Below are positions 29,222 to 41,402 of a stretch of DNA of 64,000 nucleotides, piece after piece. Made by a program: the position numbers and the translations under genes. The notes below the pieces were generated by a model that saw only the letters and a list, made by a program, of their open reading frames with translations, did no database searches and was not told where the DNA came from. The first letter of the stretch is position 1. Each line of letters begins with the position of its first letter. The stretch lies in assembly GCA_000091205.1 (NCBI GenBank), contig AP006492.2. The stretch is one strand, 5' to 3'. Source of the DNA: Cyanidioschyzon merolae (Eukaryota).

Positions 29222-29818
29222 ATGGAACTGTTTCGAAAAATGAAAGCTTGCAACGGCCTACTCGGTTTTTGTTCTTGGTATACGGATATCGGCAAACTGG
29301 ACTCGACTTTGCGGCAACGACGAGAACGTTTGCGTTGTCGAGTGCGGCGTGCGGTGGTAGCTGGAGCAGCGGCTTCTTCGCTCGACGGGTCGCGCACGCA
29401 TGCACGCGGGACACCAGGACACCGACTGGTGCGAGGGCAGATGCCCGCGCCTAAAATTGGGCGGCCGAAAACCGAAGTGAAGCGAGAGACCTTCCGTATG
29501 CCAGAACCGGTAAAGGAGGTCGAGGCAGAAGCGGGCGCTGTTCGAGGGCGCCCGAAAACGAAGCGTGTGACGGACACGGAGTTCGTGCCGATGTGGAAAG
29601 TGATTCTACTAGGCGACAAAGAATATGAGGAAAAGCACGTCATAGAATCGCTAGTGAAGACCATCCCAAAAATGGACAAGGAGGAGGCGCGACGAATTTT
29701 CAAAGAGGCCCAAGCTGTTGGGGAATCTGTGGTTACCGTTGTCGCTCAGGAGCACGCCGAGTTCTACGCGACGATGCTGCGGCGATGCTCGCTTTACGTG
29801 CGAATCGAACCGGAGTGA
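29222..29818 (+). CDS. ClpS-like Clp protease adaptor domain protein with N-terminal basic/AT-hook-like region (start uncertain)
   Basis: C-terminal WKVILLGDKEYEEKHVIESLVKTIPKMDKEEARRIFKEAQAVGESVVTVVAQEHAEFYATMLRR fits the ClpS fold consensus (yKVvLlNDD...A..im.evH..G.avv....E.AE). Upstream GRPK motifs: KIGRPKTE, RGRPKTKR. Confidence 0.55.
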   Translation: MELFRKMKACNGLLGFCSWYTDIGKLDSTLRQRRERLRCRVRRAVVAGAAASSLDGSRTHARGTPGHRLVRGQMPAPKIGRPKTEVKRETFRMPEPVKEVEAEAGAVRGRPKTKRVTDTEFVPMWKVILLGDKEYEEKHVIESLVKTIPKMDKEEARRIFKEAQAVGESVVTVVAQEHAEFYATMLRRCSLYVRIEPE

Positions 29819-31394
29819 ACGCGCATTCTGCAGCACGGGTCCTCTTGAGGGTGTCTTTCGTCGGTGATATGAGGCGGGGTCATACGAGCCGCTCTATGGC
29901 CGGCACGATCGCACCGCTTTTGCTGGAGTGGTGGCAGCTCTGCTGAAAAGGAGCACTGACGCCCCAATGATCAGTGAAGATCTAAAGCGCTTCAGAGTTC
30001 TAGCCTGGTGGTGCACAAGTTAGCATCGCCACGGAAAATCAAGGTGCATTTGGCCGTGAAATCCCCTGTGCATATCAGAGATACCCGTCGGATGCGCGAA
30101 TGCCAGGGGTTTCTCGCCGAACGCCCCGGGGGATCGTTTCGCAAGACCTGAGGCATCCTTGAACGCGCAACGTTTGATCTTTATAAGCAGCGAGAACCCG
30201 GCTATTGGACCGGTGAACAAATACATATGTTGCCGCTGGGCAACAGCATCGAATATGCCACCCCTGGTGCCCAGCTCGTGCATGGTGCTTCACCAATGCT
30301 GTCAGTTGCGCGTATGACATCAACATGCAATCGTGGATCATTTTGTAACCCAAGTGCCTTAATCTGTCCGCCCGTACGCGAGTATCATCACACAGCATCG
30401 GCCAACAAGCGCCCAGCAACGAGCGCAGAGCAAGGCCCGGACAAGTCAGCGTCGGTCTGCGCTTATGGGGGTGCCAGGGCACGAATACGGAACTTGCCGC
30501 GTCCGCAATTTGGAAACTCGTCGCGCACTTTGCGAGAAACATGGCGCGGCCGTCGGTTTCGAAAACGTACGAGACTTGGTACGTTCATGCTTGAAAGTCG
30601 TCAGGCAGTTATTGAGCGTGCAACCAAAGAGAACCGCTGACTGTCATACCTATTACCTTTCTTGTCTGTGTTCTTGACCACCCCGGAGGCTTGCATTGCG
30701 CAAAGCGGTGCTGTTCCTTGGTGAAATTCCATCCAGCGCGCGAAACTTAACATTCACTGGGTCCGTCTACTCGTAGCACAGATAAGGTGTCTGAATGAAC
30801 GACGCGACAGTAGTATCTGAAAGCTCTTTCCAGAGATTTTTGCACCACTAACCAGAGGTGTGACAAGTCGACTGGGCAGGAGACCTCTATCTTGTAGCAT
30901 GCATGGCTCAAGAGGATTGCGCAGGATATGAGTTGCAACGTAGGATCGAACGGGAACGAGCGGGACCGAGTGAGAACGAGCGGTTTCGTAAACTTACGCC
31001 AGCGCGTCGCAGAGATCATGCGCCCCCTGCGGCGTATGTGTTCTTGTTGCGCAGACGGAAAGCACGAGCGACGAACCGCTTCAAACCAAAATGCAACGCA
31101 TCACGCGGTCCAGCATCCACAGTCCCAAGGACGCCATGCTTTCATCGTACTCCAGCGTTCTGAAGTTCACCGCTGTCGATATGAATGAAAATTCGCTGCC
31201 GGGCGACTCGCGTTTCGATGCATAGCGCGAAACGTCTGCGTCTCTTACATTCAGCGTTGGGCTCCAGCTGCCGTCCTTTCGCATCACGCATGTACGAAGC
31301 ACGTCACGAGTCGCAAACTCCCCGACGCACTCGAGATGCCTGCTCCCCGCATGCATATCACTTCGCTCAGCGTAGTGTGCGCTCCAGAGATGCC

Positions 31395-32504
31395 TCATTT
31401 CGGAATTGGGCGCAAAAAATATTCGCAGACGTCATGGCTCATCGGTAGCAACTCCGCCACGAAAAGGCGCTGTATCCAGTACAGGCACAATGCGCCTCGA
31501 TGATCTTCTACCATTTCATTCGGGAAGAGCGGCGAGCGCTGGTCGGTCTCATGCTCCGCACGCTGACCCCTGAGTCCGCATGCCTCAAAGAACATTGCGT
31601 ACGAATCGGTTGGGAAAAGGAGATCATCGTCGTGAGCGGGAATTTTCAAAAAATAGAGCATCGTCGACTCACCAGTGTCTTTGCCGCCCTGCATCCATAA
31701 ATATTCCACTTCCGTTGATGTCAACGAGGTAGTGCACCAGCACGCGTACGTCGGTCGCCAGTCGACCTTCCGACGAACAAGACCGAGAAACACTGGATCA
31801 GATACTCTGCAAGTCGGCAGATTCAACTCGTCGCATAGTTCGCTCTTCACCGCGTCTAGAAATTCCTGCCAGACCCCCTGAGTCACGTCGATGGAGGTTG
31901 CAACATTCGATGGCTCTGGATGCCCGCCCGGAAGGACCCAGCGTCCGCTGGCTTCCCCCAAGCGACTGCTACGGCGCTGGCACACAATCTTGCCATCTGC
32001 TGTCTCCAGGATGGCCGCGTTGCCAATAGCGTTAGCGAGATGACACCATGGAGCGCCTCGCTCTGCTGAGCGGAAGGCTTTCAGTGCATTCGGTGCAAGC
32101 GTCGTTCCCTGGTGCGCACGATAATCAGTCGCTCCGACCTCAAGGTGAAATTTTCGATGGACAACGCCCTGCTCGTGGCGACACGAAACCCTAATTGCGT
32201 TGAGACGAAATTTGCTTGCGTTCCAGAGATTGTCGCCCAGGACTTTTTGCTGTTCAACCCAACGGGCTTCGATCGAGGCCTCCACGTGCTCCGAAGGATG
32301 CGGGCGGCGCGCAAAATGATCGCCTTCCATATCAACCTCAAGCACCAGATCGACGCTAGCCCCGGCAACAGCACGAGAAAGACACGACCTTTGCAGTCCG
32401 GGGGTACAGAACACGAGCAGCTCATACCGACCCTCTTTCTCCGCTCTGCGAACCAAGTCAACTACCCCCGGCTCCATACAGGCAAGGCTCTGAGCGCTCC
32501 ACAA
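31395..32504 (-). CDS. Hypothetical protein with possible divergent Nudix-like motif
   Basis: 369-aa ORF. WVLPGGHPEP...KSELCDELNL loosely resembles a Nudix box with an insertion. Weak. Confidence 0.25.
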   Translation of the reverse strand: MWSAQSLACMEPGVVDLVRRAEKEGRYELLVFCTPGLQRSCLSRAVAGASVDLVLEVDMEGDHFARRPHPSEHVEASIEARWVEQQKVLGDNLWNASKFRLNAIRVSCRHEQGVVHRKFHLEVGATDYRAHQGTTLAPNALKAFRSAERGAPWCHLANAIGNAAILETADGKIVCQRRSSRLGEASGRWVLPGGHPEPSNVATSIDVTQGVWQEFLDAVKSELCDELNLPTCRVSDPVFLGLVRRKVDWRPTYACWCTTSLTSTEVEYLWMQGGKDTGESTMLYFLKIPAHDDDLLFPTDSYAMFFEACGLRGQRAEHETDQRSPLFPNEMVEDHRGALCLYWIQRLFVAELLPMSHDVCEYFLRPIPK

Positions 32505-32575
32505 AGCGTCCCATACCTCCGATGCTCGGGTGCTTCAAGTGCACGCACACCGCCACCGCCACCGCCTTTTACACT

Positions 32576-33896
32576 CGAACGACGCCAGCGGTGTACAGTA
32601 TTGGCGAGAAGCCCGCCTTGGACAAGAAGTTTTCAACTGCGGTGTAGACGCCTCCCAGCCCTTTTGCATCGGCCACCTACTACTGCTTCCAATCTTTTCT
32701 CATATAATTCCACTTTGAGAGGTTGTCCAACAAAGTTCTCCCGTGTCTACTCTGGAGGTCTTTTCTCCAGCACCGCACATCTCCTTATATTGATTGCGGC
32801 ATTAAAGTCTCGGTTCACAAACTCCATACGTTTCTTGCAATTGATTGTACTTCCTAATGCTAGTAGCCCTCGCACTTTCGCCCTCCTTTCCATTTGCTCG
32901 TCTGTCAGCGGTCCGTACTTTGCGATTTCCTCAGGGCTCCTCTGGCACTTTTCCATCTCGACCCTCTGGAGTGTACAGCCCAGTTCATGGTGTGTATAGG
33001 ACGTTCGGAACTCGTCTACATGTATCGTGACGAAACGCCTTGCACACTCCTTATATGTTTTTGCCGTTGGAGCTGGCGTGGTCCCTTTTTGGGTCTTCCA
33101 GTGTCCCGCTCCGTACGCTACTACTAGCCTCTGATTTCCATCCTCCTTCAGGTCACTCAACTGATTGAAGAAAATCGCGAACGCCCGCTGCTTACCAAAA
33201 TACAAATTCATTCGCAAACGAGCCCACCGGGGCTTTGTATACCGCCCCCCACAGCGCATCCTAATGTGCCATGCGAAATTCCATGAATTTCCGAAAAGCT
33301 TCAAAGTCGGCTCCTCGGCTCGTCAGCTCGCTCAAAGCTTCAAGGTGATCTTTCATTCCTGAATTCCATTTCTCGGTTTTCTTCCTCGCATTCATGATTC
33401 CCGATTCCCGATTGTATCTCGCTGTCGAGAACCTCAAAAGACGCATGTCTTTCTGACGCAAGTTGCCGTCGGTACCATCCTCCGCGAGCTTGGGCACAAC
33501 GATGGTTACGATATATGTGTTTCCGGAGTCCGCGCCAACGACAAAGTCGTTCACATGCACTTTCTGTAGGGCAGGATCCGCCTTCTTCTCATCTTCATGC
33601 TTCGCCGCGTCAACGACAAACTCGTTATCCTGCACCTTCTGTGTCGCCGGATCCGCCTCCTTCTCATCTTTATGCATCGCCGCGCCAACGATAAAGCCGT
33701 TATCCTCCACCTTCTGCGTCACAGGACCCGCCTCCTTCTCATCTTTATGCATCGCCGCGCCAACGAATAGGTCGTTATCCTCTGCTTCCTGCGTCGCAGG
33801 ATCCGCCTCCTTCTCATATTCATGCTTCGTCGAGGGCGCAGCAGAGGGCGGGACTGGACGATCTTTCTTCAACCGCCGATAGTGTACACACAAGGC
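32576..33896 (-). mobile_element. TnpB/Fanzor-like element, copy 2: 5'-truncated, frameshifted, premature stop (pseudogene)
   Basis: ORFs 33261-33893 and 32747-33304 share about 88% amino-acid identity with copy 1 (VGADSGNTYIVTIV, RLYKEC-like block, [14 protein letters not shown]). Trp->stop after RPPE. Abuts the LINE copy at 33897. Confidence 0.55.
33545..33835. repeat. 66-bp in-frame tandem repeat inside Fanzor-like copy 2, 4-5 units
   Basis: Repeated [29 protein letters not shown] units in the translation. Confidence 0.75.
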
Positions 33897-36800
33897 TACT
33901 CCATCGGTTTCCTGGTTCCGTGTCTACGTTTCCGTATTGCTGTTTGGACCGTTCGCTTGAGGCGGCGGGAGCCTTGTACATTCCTGGGGAACGATTGGGG
34001 AGCGTGTTGTCCCCTAAGAGGCGCTTCAGCCAAATCTGCGTCGATTTCATCCAAGTGTTCTTGCGGTGCGTTGGGGTCTGCATGGATATCCGATCGAACC
34101 AGGTGTTCATAGTTGGCCCTTTGCCCCATATGCGTGCCCGGCAACCTGCTGCTGTCGCTTCTGTCGAGGCTATTTGGAGTTCAAGTCCGAGTGCCAGCGC
34201 GGTGGTTGCTCTGCTCTACATTGAGCATCCAACAGCAACAACGAGTCACATTGCCATGTTGGCGGCTGTCTGCAGACGTGAGGCATTTGTGTGGTTCATG
34301 CCGCACCACTCAGCACCACAGGTCGCAGGCTGGATGATACACATCCTTAGTGCCCTGGTACGAATTGCTATGCAGATAGAGGGGTCGGATGGGAATGGAC
34401 GTGCGATCGCTGTACGTCTATGCATCTTGGCGATCATCTCGTCGACGTGTGCCTCTTCGTCGATCGTCGGCGTTAGACAGACCCCCGGGTAGCGATATTT
34501 TTCCACGATCGGAATTTCCTGGTTCTGCAACCGCCACGAGCGATTGCGAATGCTCTGCGAGTCTCCATGGATGACCATGGCGCCGCACTTCGATGCTCCT
34601 ATGCTCATCTCCCAGCGATCGGCCCAGTCGCTGACTTGTTCCATGCTACCCGCAAGCGTTTCCGGGGCGGGTGCCAACAGCACGACATCGTCCGCAACGA
34701 GACAGCCTGCGAGGCGGTTCCTACGTGAGGGCTCCTCATCGGGCATCTCCACAGTCTATCCACGGCACCTCAAGCCCGTATTGTCTGCAGTTGTTCAGCA
34801 GATCGTTGATGAAGATGTTGAAAAGGAGCGGGGATGCGCGCTCGCCCTGCCGCAGTCCACGGCGGATTCTTCTGGAAGGGGTTCTTGAGCGGTCGCCCAG
34901 TCGGATGCGCATCCATGAGTCTGCATAGAGCGCACGGAAGAATGCTAAGCACTTTCCGGAGACTTGGGCTCGTTCCATCTTCAGAAATGGAGCCTCGTGC
35001 GGGACCGTGTCAAAGGCCTCTTGGAAGTCGATGAAGCATACGTAAGCTGGTTGTTGGCCGCTAATGGAGCGACGTTGCACCCATCAATGAGGGTCAGGGC
35101 ATGGCTCATGCACTCCTCGTGGCTCCGGAATCCAGCCTGTTCTGGGGCGAAGAACTTGCGTTCCACGAGGCCTCTCTGAGTCCGGTTCGTGGGAATGGCG
35201 CAAAGTAGCTTCATGATTGACGGGATGAGGCGAATAGTCCGGTAGTTGTTCATGTCTGTGTTTGTGTACGTCGGAGTCCTTTTTGAGGATCGGTACGACC
35301 TCGGCAGTCCTCCATACATCCGGGATGTACGCCTCTTCGAACATGCGTTGGATGAGCTCCACAAGGCGTTTGCCTAAGCTTGTGTCAGGTTCATCTGGTA
35401 TCGATAGTGTCCCTCTTGTCCCGTCTTTTGGGATCACCAGTTTCATCCACTCCGCCGCGATACCGTCGATGCCAGGTGTTTTGCGGTTGCTTGAGCATAG
35501 CACGGTCCGAACAGATTCAGGCCAGAAGATTGGGTCGTTCCATTCCGGTACCGGTTCGAGGCGCGGTAGTTCTGCGGCATATTGGTGCCAATAGATTCTG
35601 TCTTGGCAGTGCCCAGTTGCGTCTTCATGCAGCTCTGTGCCGTGGTCCGTCCAGGCCTCATTCACTGAGGCACGCTCCGTCCTCAGCGCTTCCTCATAAA
35701 CGATTGGTGTGAGCCCCAGGCACTTTTTTGGTGGGTCCAGTCTCGATCGAATGTAGCGCCAGGTCTCATCTTCGTTGGTGCTCTCTAGCATAGATTTCGC
35801 TAGGGAGGCGATTTTGCGGTTTCGATCCTCTCGTTTGTCTTCTCTGGAAAGTTTCTTCTTTCTTTTGATAGCTTCTTCATGTTGCGCCTGTAGCGCCGTT
35901 AGGACTGCCTTCGCTTCCTTGTCTCCTGCGTTGGCGCGTATGGCGGTGTGGTTGACGATCTGATAGAGTCGGTGATGCTCGTCAATCCGGGTATTGGTAC
36001 GTCGTTTCAGGCACTGAGGTTTGCAACTGTTGCGTTCTGGTGCAAGCAGTCCCAGCTCTCCGGCAATCTTCTGATTCCCATCTACAAACTCTCGTGCCAA
36101 TTGGTCTAAAGATTTGTATGCACAACTTTTCGGATCTTCAGCGCTGTGAGTAGGTGACTCGGTTTGGCGACGGCTTTCTTGAGTTCCTGCTGGGGTGCTC
36201 TTTCGGGGACGACTTGTGATGGGCTCGCTGGAGCCCCCGCCTGTGGGCTCGTTCGGGAGTTCTTCTTCCTATTCTTCTGTTTTTCTCTTGTTGGTTTTCT
36301 TCTTCATCGGGTTCTTTCCTGAGCTACATTCTCTGGTTACTTTGCATCTAGGCGGATCATGAGGTTTCTGTGTCTCCTTCTCCGTGTCTGGTTGGGTCTC
36401 TTTTGCCTTTTGTACAGTCCTCGACTTGTATCAGTTCTTCATTACTGTACTGGTAATTCGATATCTCGTAGTTCAATACCGAGGCGATCCCACAAATATT
36501 CCATGATGCGAAACCTATCGAGTCGTAGCGCATAAGGGAATAGGAGTAACGCTGCGGTACTCGAGAGATACGTTGTCGATTGAGATGCACCCTCCACGGG
36601 GTGTTTGAGAGCACATGCCACCAGCGCCTCCTGCATTCCAGTCGTTCACTGAGTGTCTGCCGCAGCGCTAGCGTAGAATCAGATGTACATTAGTCAAGGT
36701 CGATTCGAATGCGACCTTTATCTTGCCCGACGCTTTAACCTCCCCTCAACAATTGGGAACAGTCTGCAAACCACCCTTTCAGCGGCTACGTATCCGCTCC

Positions 36801-37226
36801 CCAAACACATAGGCGGGCAAGCCGCTTATTCCAGCTTCGACCGCAAACATACTGCCAGCCGTCTTCAAAAGTCTCCGCCGAGACTATTTCCAAAGTTGAG
36901 GTAGGTAGCCAAGGTAGGAGGTAAAACGGAGCCCGAGTTCAAGGATGGATCCAAGATTTGCGCCCGAACCTGCAGCGTTGATTCGGGAGGGGCGGATGAC
37001 TAATCAGGATTTTCGTCAACATTTTCTGGTGCTGCTGCCGCCGCCCCTCCGTTCGTTGCGGTCAAGGTCCCTGGCGTGGGCTTCCTTCGCCGTCGCCCAA
37101 GCACCCCGCGTTAACCCACTTTCAGAGCTTCTCCGGAAAAACTAGACCTCTAAGGCGGGCGTGGTGTGTGGGTCTTTAAGATAGTTGTTCTTTAATAAAT
37201 AGTTTGCGACTAGTTTGTTTTGTCTT
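33897..37226 (-). mobile_element. Non-LTR retrotransposon, copy B (3'-truncated), same family and same frameshifts as copy A
   Basis: ORFs 35084-36100, 34981-35364, 34736-35080 and 34246-34752 mirror the copy A segments at about 95% identity. The 5' end matches copy A at 24585. Lacks the last about 1 kb of the element. Confidence 0.8.
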
Positions 37227-37496
37227 TTTTTATTCTCCTCGCGCCCGTTGCATCACTAGCCACATTATTCGCGGCGTTTCTCCGTCCTATTCGAGTAGTT
37301 ATTGTTACTTTGTGCACATTGTTTAAAGCGCGTTCGTTTATTGAAAAACTCAAAACAGTATTCAATCGTGTGTACCTCGACTTGAAAATGACCTGCCGTG
37401 CCAGCCGCTGCATGCACGCGCTGTTAATCGTTCAATTCTTGCACATAAAAGCGAATTTGTTGACGGGGTGTAGGTTCATTGTGCTTGGGGTGAACG

Positions 37497-38786
37497 ATGC
37501 GTTCCTTGCCTCCCAGTGGCTCTAGGTGCTCAGAGGACGCAATGACATGGGTGCAAATAGTAGGAACACGAGCGGACCAAGTGCACTTCGCGCCAAGACC
37601 CGAACGGTGTGGTCGGGGGGCTCCCGTCTCCTTCACGAGACCCCTGCTTTCGAGGCGTCGCCAACAGGCGTTGATGGTGCGCTGGTGTCCAGCACGCCTG
37701 TGCGCCGGAAATAGCAACGGTAATCAGCCGAAAAAGACGCGAGCAAAGCAAACATTCTCGCCACCACCGAGTACCTTTTACCAGGCCCTAAACCAAGCAG
37801 TGGAAGCAGTTTTAGCAGCAGTGGAGGCTGGAGAGCGTCTACTGGAGATTGACTTCCCTCCATTGCCCGCAAGTGTGCTGAATTCGACCAGATCTTCATC
37901 GGACGACGTTATTGACGCCAATACGCGACTGGCGTTTGACTTTGCGAAAATGCTTCAGGAAACAACGCGAGAGAGACGCAATGGCCGCTCGACTTATCAG
38001 CGAGTCGCGCTCATCTATCCCGACATGATCGAGCGTAACCGAGCCTTTGCGGGGGATGCTGCCCCCAAGAAACCAGGCTCGGGGTATGCAAATCGCTTCG
38101 GTGATACAGTCGGCACTGCGGACAGCCGCATCCGGCTTGCTGCTCTGCGCGCGGGCTATGAGGCTGGTAACTTTATCCAGCGAATCCTGCAAGCCAATAT
38201 TCGCGACGGTGATGCTGGCGATCGTATCGAACCCATTTTGGATGATGACGATATTTTTATCGTTCTTGGCGCCTCGGCGCAGGAGCTCGTGGACGTGGAA
38301 AAGTTCGTGCAACGTCTCGAAGAAACGGACAAAACGAGAGGCGACCAGCGACCCGTCATTCTATTCAATATGCAGCTGGATACATCACGTGGTGATCTGG
38401 GCTTGCCTGCGTTTCCGTCTCGGATGCTCCATCACCGCTTTCTATGTCGATTCTTGCCCGTCTACTACTTGCGAACGCGCTCGTACTCGAGGTCGATTTC
38501 GCGACCTCCATTTGTTGTCAACTATCAAGGCGCAATATTTAGGGTATATCCAGAGCCATACCAGGTGCTTCTCGAGACCCAAGAGAATCGTTATCGGCAG
38601 GTTGCACAGTATGCCACACGGCCGAGACTCACAGAGGCCAAGGATGCCCTAACGAAGGCCGTATTTCCACAACAGAACGAGAAAGATGGTGGGTCATTTG
38701 GTTTCTTGCGGCGAGGGATGCAGACAGCGACCTGGTGGGAGCGTGCCTCCGACGACAGCTCTGTGTCGAACAAGTGGCGTCAGTAG
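37497..38786 (+). CDS. Conserved hypothetical protein (possibly plastid-type DUF1995-like)
   Basis: 429-aa ORF with non-repetitive composition and a basic S/R-rich N-terminus. Family assignment is from memory only and weak. Confidence 0.25.
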   Translation: MRSLPPSGSRCSEDAMTWVQIVGTRADQVHFAPRPERCGRGAPVSFTRPLLSRRRQQALMVRWCPARLCAGNSNGNQPKKTRAKQTFSPPPSTFYQALNQAVEAVLAAVEAGERLLEIDFPPLPASVLNSTRSSSDDVIDANTRLAFDFAKMLQETTRERRNGRSTYQRVALIYPDMIERNRAFAGDAAPKKPGSGYANRFGDTVGTADSRIRLAALRAGYEAGNFIQRILQANIRDGDAGDRIEPILDDDDIFIVLGASAQELVDVEKFVQRLEETDKTRGDQRPVILFNMQLDTSRGDLGLPAFPSRMLHHRFLCRFLPVYYLRTRSYSRSISRPPFVVNYQGAIFRVYPEPYQVLLETQENRYRQVAQYATRPRLTEAKDALTKAVFPQQNEKDGGSFGFLRRGMQTATWWERASDDSSVSNKWRQ

Positions 38787-41402
38787 CGTCTCCGTGGCAC
38801 TGGCCAGAAGCGCCGTTCGGCCCAACACTCATTTCAGCTTCGTCCAAGGTAAAGCTGGGGTTAGGGGTACCGGTTCGAATGAGTGTAACTTGTTCCAGCT
38901 CACAGACTCCGTGGAGTTGTCTTTAGCTATCGTTTGCGACCGTCCGCTTCGCCGGAGTGTGCCTTTGACGGACCTGGAGCTCTTCTGGTATCTCTTCTTG
39001 AACCAGCGGTCGAAGTCGTTTCGGGAGACGGTCTGCTACGTCAGCAAAGAAAGGGCCGCGACTTTTAGCTCGAAGAAAGCGAATCCTCCGCGCCTCCGCT
39101 GCGCGTCGCCAACGTGGCGTACGGTTATTCAGTATCGGAAACGGCGGTCGGTGGATCCGCATTCCGATGACCCCGAGCACCCCTAAGAGCATGGTGCGTA
39201 TAACGTAAAGTTGCAAGTCCGCGTGATGATGTAATTGTCCCTGTGAAAATGCGTCCACCATGGGACCGTCGAGCAGCGCGGAAAAACGCTGCCCAGGGAC
39301 TCGGCGCCTTCTGTGCACCAGCTGCTGACCCCTCGCCACACGCGCAGACAAGCCCTCGGCCGCAGCGTCGCGGCGACAAAACCTTCCACAAGTGCCAGCA
39401 GCTTTGTAAGCAGTTGAAAAGAGACCCGCGAACGCCAGTGTTTGGCTGGTTTTTCCGAAAAGCATCCGTGCGTCAACTCCTCTAGTCCAAAGTTTGCAAG
39501 CTGTACGCACACAGTATAAAGTTCCTTAGAACGCAGCACCAGCATGAGCGCTTGCCGTAGGCGCCGCCAGTTTGAGATCCGATCACCACCGTCGCGCAAC
39601 GCCGTGGCACAGGCACTCGCGGAGGCGTCTTGTTCTTATGCAGAGGCAGTGCTGCGGCAACGGTGCATCCTGGGTACCGGTACGTACCTGCGGTAGGCTT
39701 GGCATCTGGTGGTTCGCTCGACTGTGCAATCCGTTATGCCAACGCGAATACTAGTCCGATGTGACTGGAACCCGAACGTGCTTAGATCGGAGCGGGAGTG
39801 TCTCCACGGCGTCCAGGTCAACTGCGCATCCCGGGGATTCTTGTAAGCGTTGTCGATTGTGCATCATAGGGAAAGCCGGCGCTGGCATAGACGCAAGTCG
39901 TCTCGCAGCTCGCTGGATCCAAAGTAGAATCCGCACAGACGGACAAGACCAGGGCTGATAGAAAATTGTCAAATACGGTGAAGCGCTGCAGCGATCTCGT
40001 TTTTGCTGATCGATATACTCAGCAGTATCAGCTCATAGAACACGCTTATCGCGCATGAATCTCCAGGGGGAATGATTCCAGGTACAAGTTTCAACCGTGC
40101 TCTAGATTTGCTGCATTGTGTTTGCCGTACAACCTTTGTGCTTTGCTCCAGCGAGTAACCGATCCCCTCTGTCCTGACCGCTGATTGTTTACTTCGATAG
40201 CATTCAGCGTTTCAGCACAACGCTCACAATGACTGTTAAACGATTCCCTCGAACGTCCGCTTAACGTAAAGCCACCGAACGCTCTGGAGGCACGAGACAT
40301 TCCCGGATGTCGACTGCAGATGCTGCCGTCGACACAAACATATCAGACAGGACTTTTCCTCAGGAACGGAAACTCGATTGGCCCGGTGAATCTCCAGATG
40401 CCCAGCGCACCGCGTACGTTGCACGGTCTCAGCGTGGCGTTGCAGTGCCTCCAGCCATGGGGGCGGCTTCCTACAACGCTCGCACCCTTGGGGTTTCCCG
40501 GTCAGTCTTGACGATCTTGCACCGTAAAAAAATCCAAGGTCACATTCGATGATCGTCAGGTCTGCCTGCACACAATTTGTTTTGATCGACATAACATTTC
40601 AGTGAACCAGGGATCCTCGATTTCTTAATCGAAAGAAAGTACACACGAGCTCGGGATCCTCGAGTGCGCGAAGGATCTCGGCATCCAGTAGAGCGTGGCA
40701 TAGTGTTCGCGCTGAAAACGGGAAAGGTTTTCGGCATTTTCGAAAGGTTACCTTCTAGGCGGACGCTCCCGCGAACCGCTCGAGTCTACCAGGCTAGTGA
40801 ATCATCTACCTCTCCAATGGCAGGTGCTTTAGTGATATCTGAGCAGCAACTCGTCCGCTACGCAGTTCACTCTGGGACAAAGAGCGGGTAGATTGCGCCT
40901 GGACGTCGCTCTGGCCGCTGTAGACTCCCTGCATATTGCTTCGCGATGCGGCACGCAGTACGTCTCTCCGTACAGTTAGCAGGCTCCCAGAATGATTTTG
41001 TACTCCGACCCCATGTCGGGTGATCCACGCGTCGAGCCGGCTACCCCAGTGGTATGGCAGAGCCGTACTGTTTCCGTGAGGCATCGGCTCCAGCAGTATA
41101 AGCGCCAAGGCGGGCGCTCAAAGCAAGCAATCGCCGCGCGATTGAAGGTACAAAACGGCCAGCACCTCCGAGAGAAAATATGGGATATAGAGCTGGAAGT
41201 TAGGGCACAACATAAAGAGCGATTTCTCGTCTGCCAATAGCTATCCCGCAATCTGGAGTCCATAATCAATGAAAATGCTTTGTCACTGCGGCCCGCGGCG
41301 GCCGTGCGTTACGCCGCGCAGTACCTCGGGAATTCAATTTCCGACCGACAAACGAACTGGCTGCTGCTTCTCAGTATTTTCTGTCGCCGCTGAGACGCTT
41401 CC

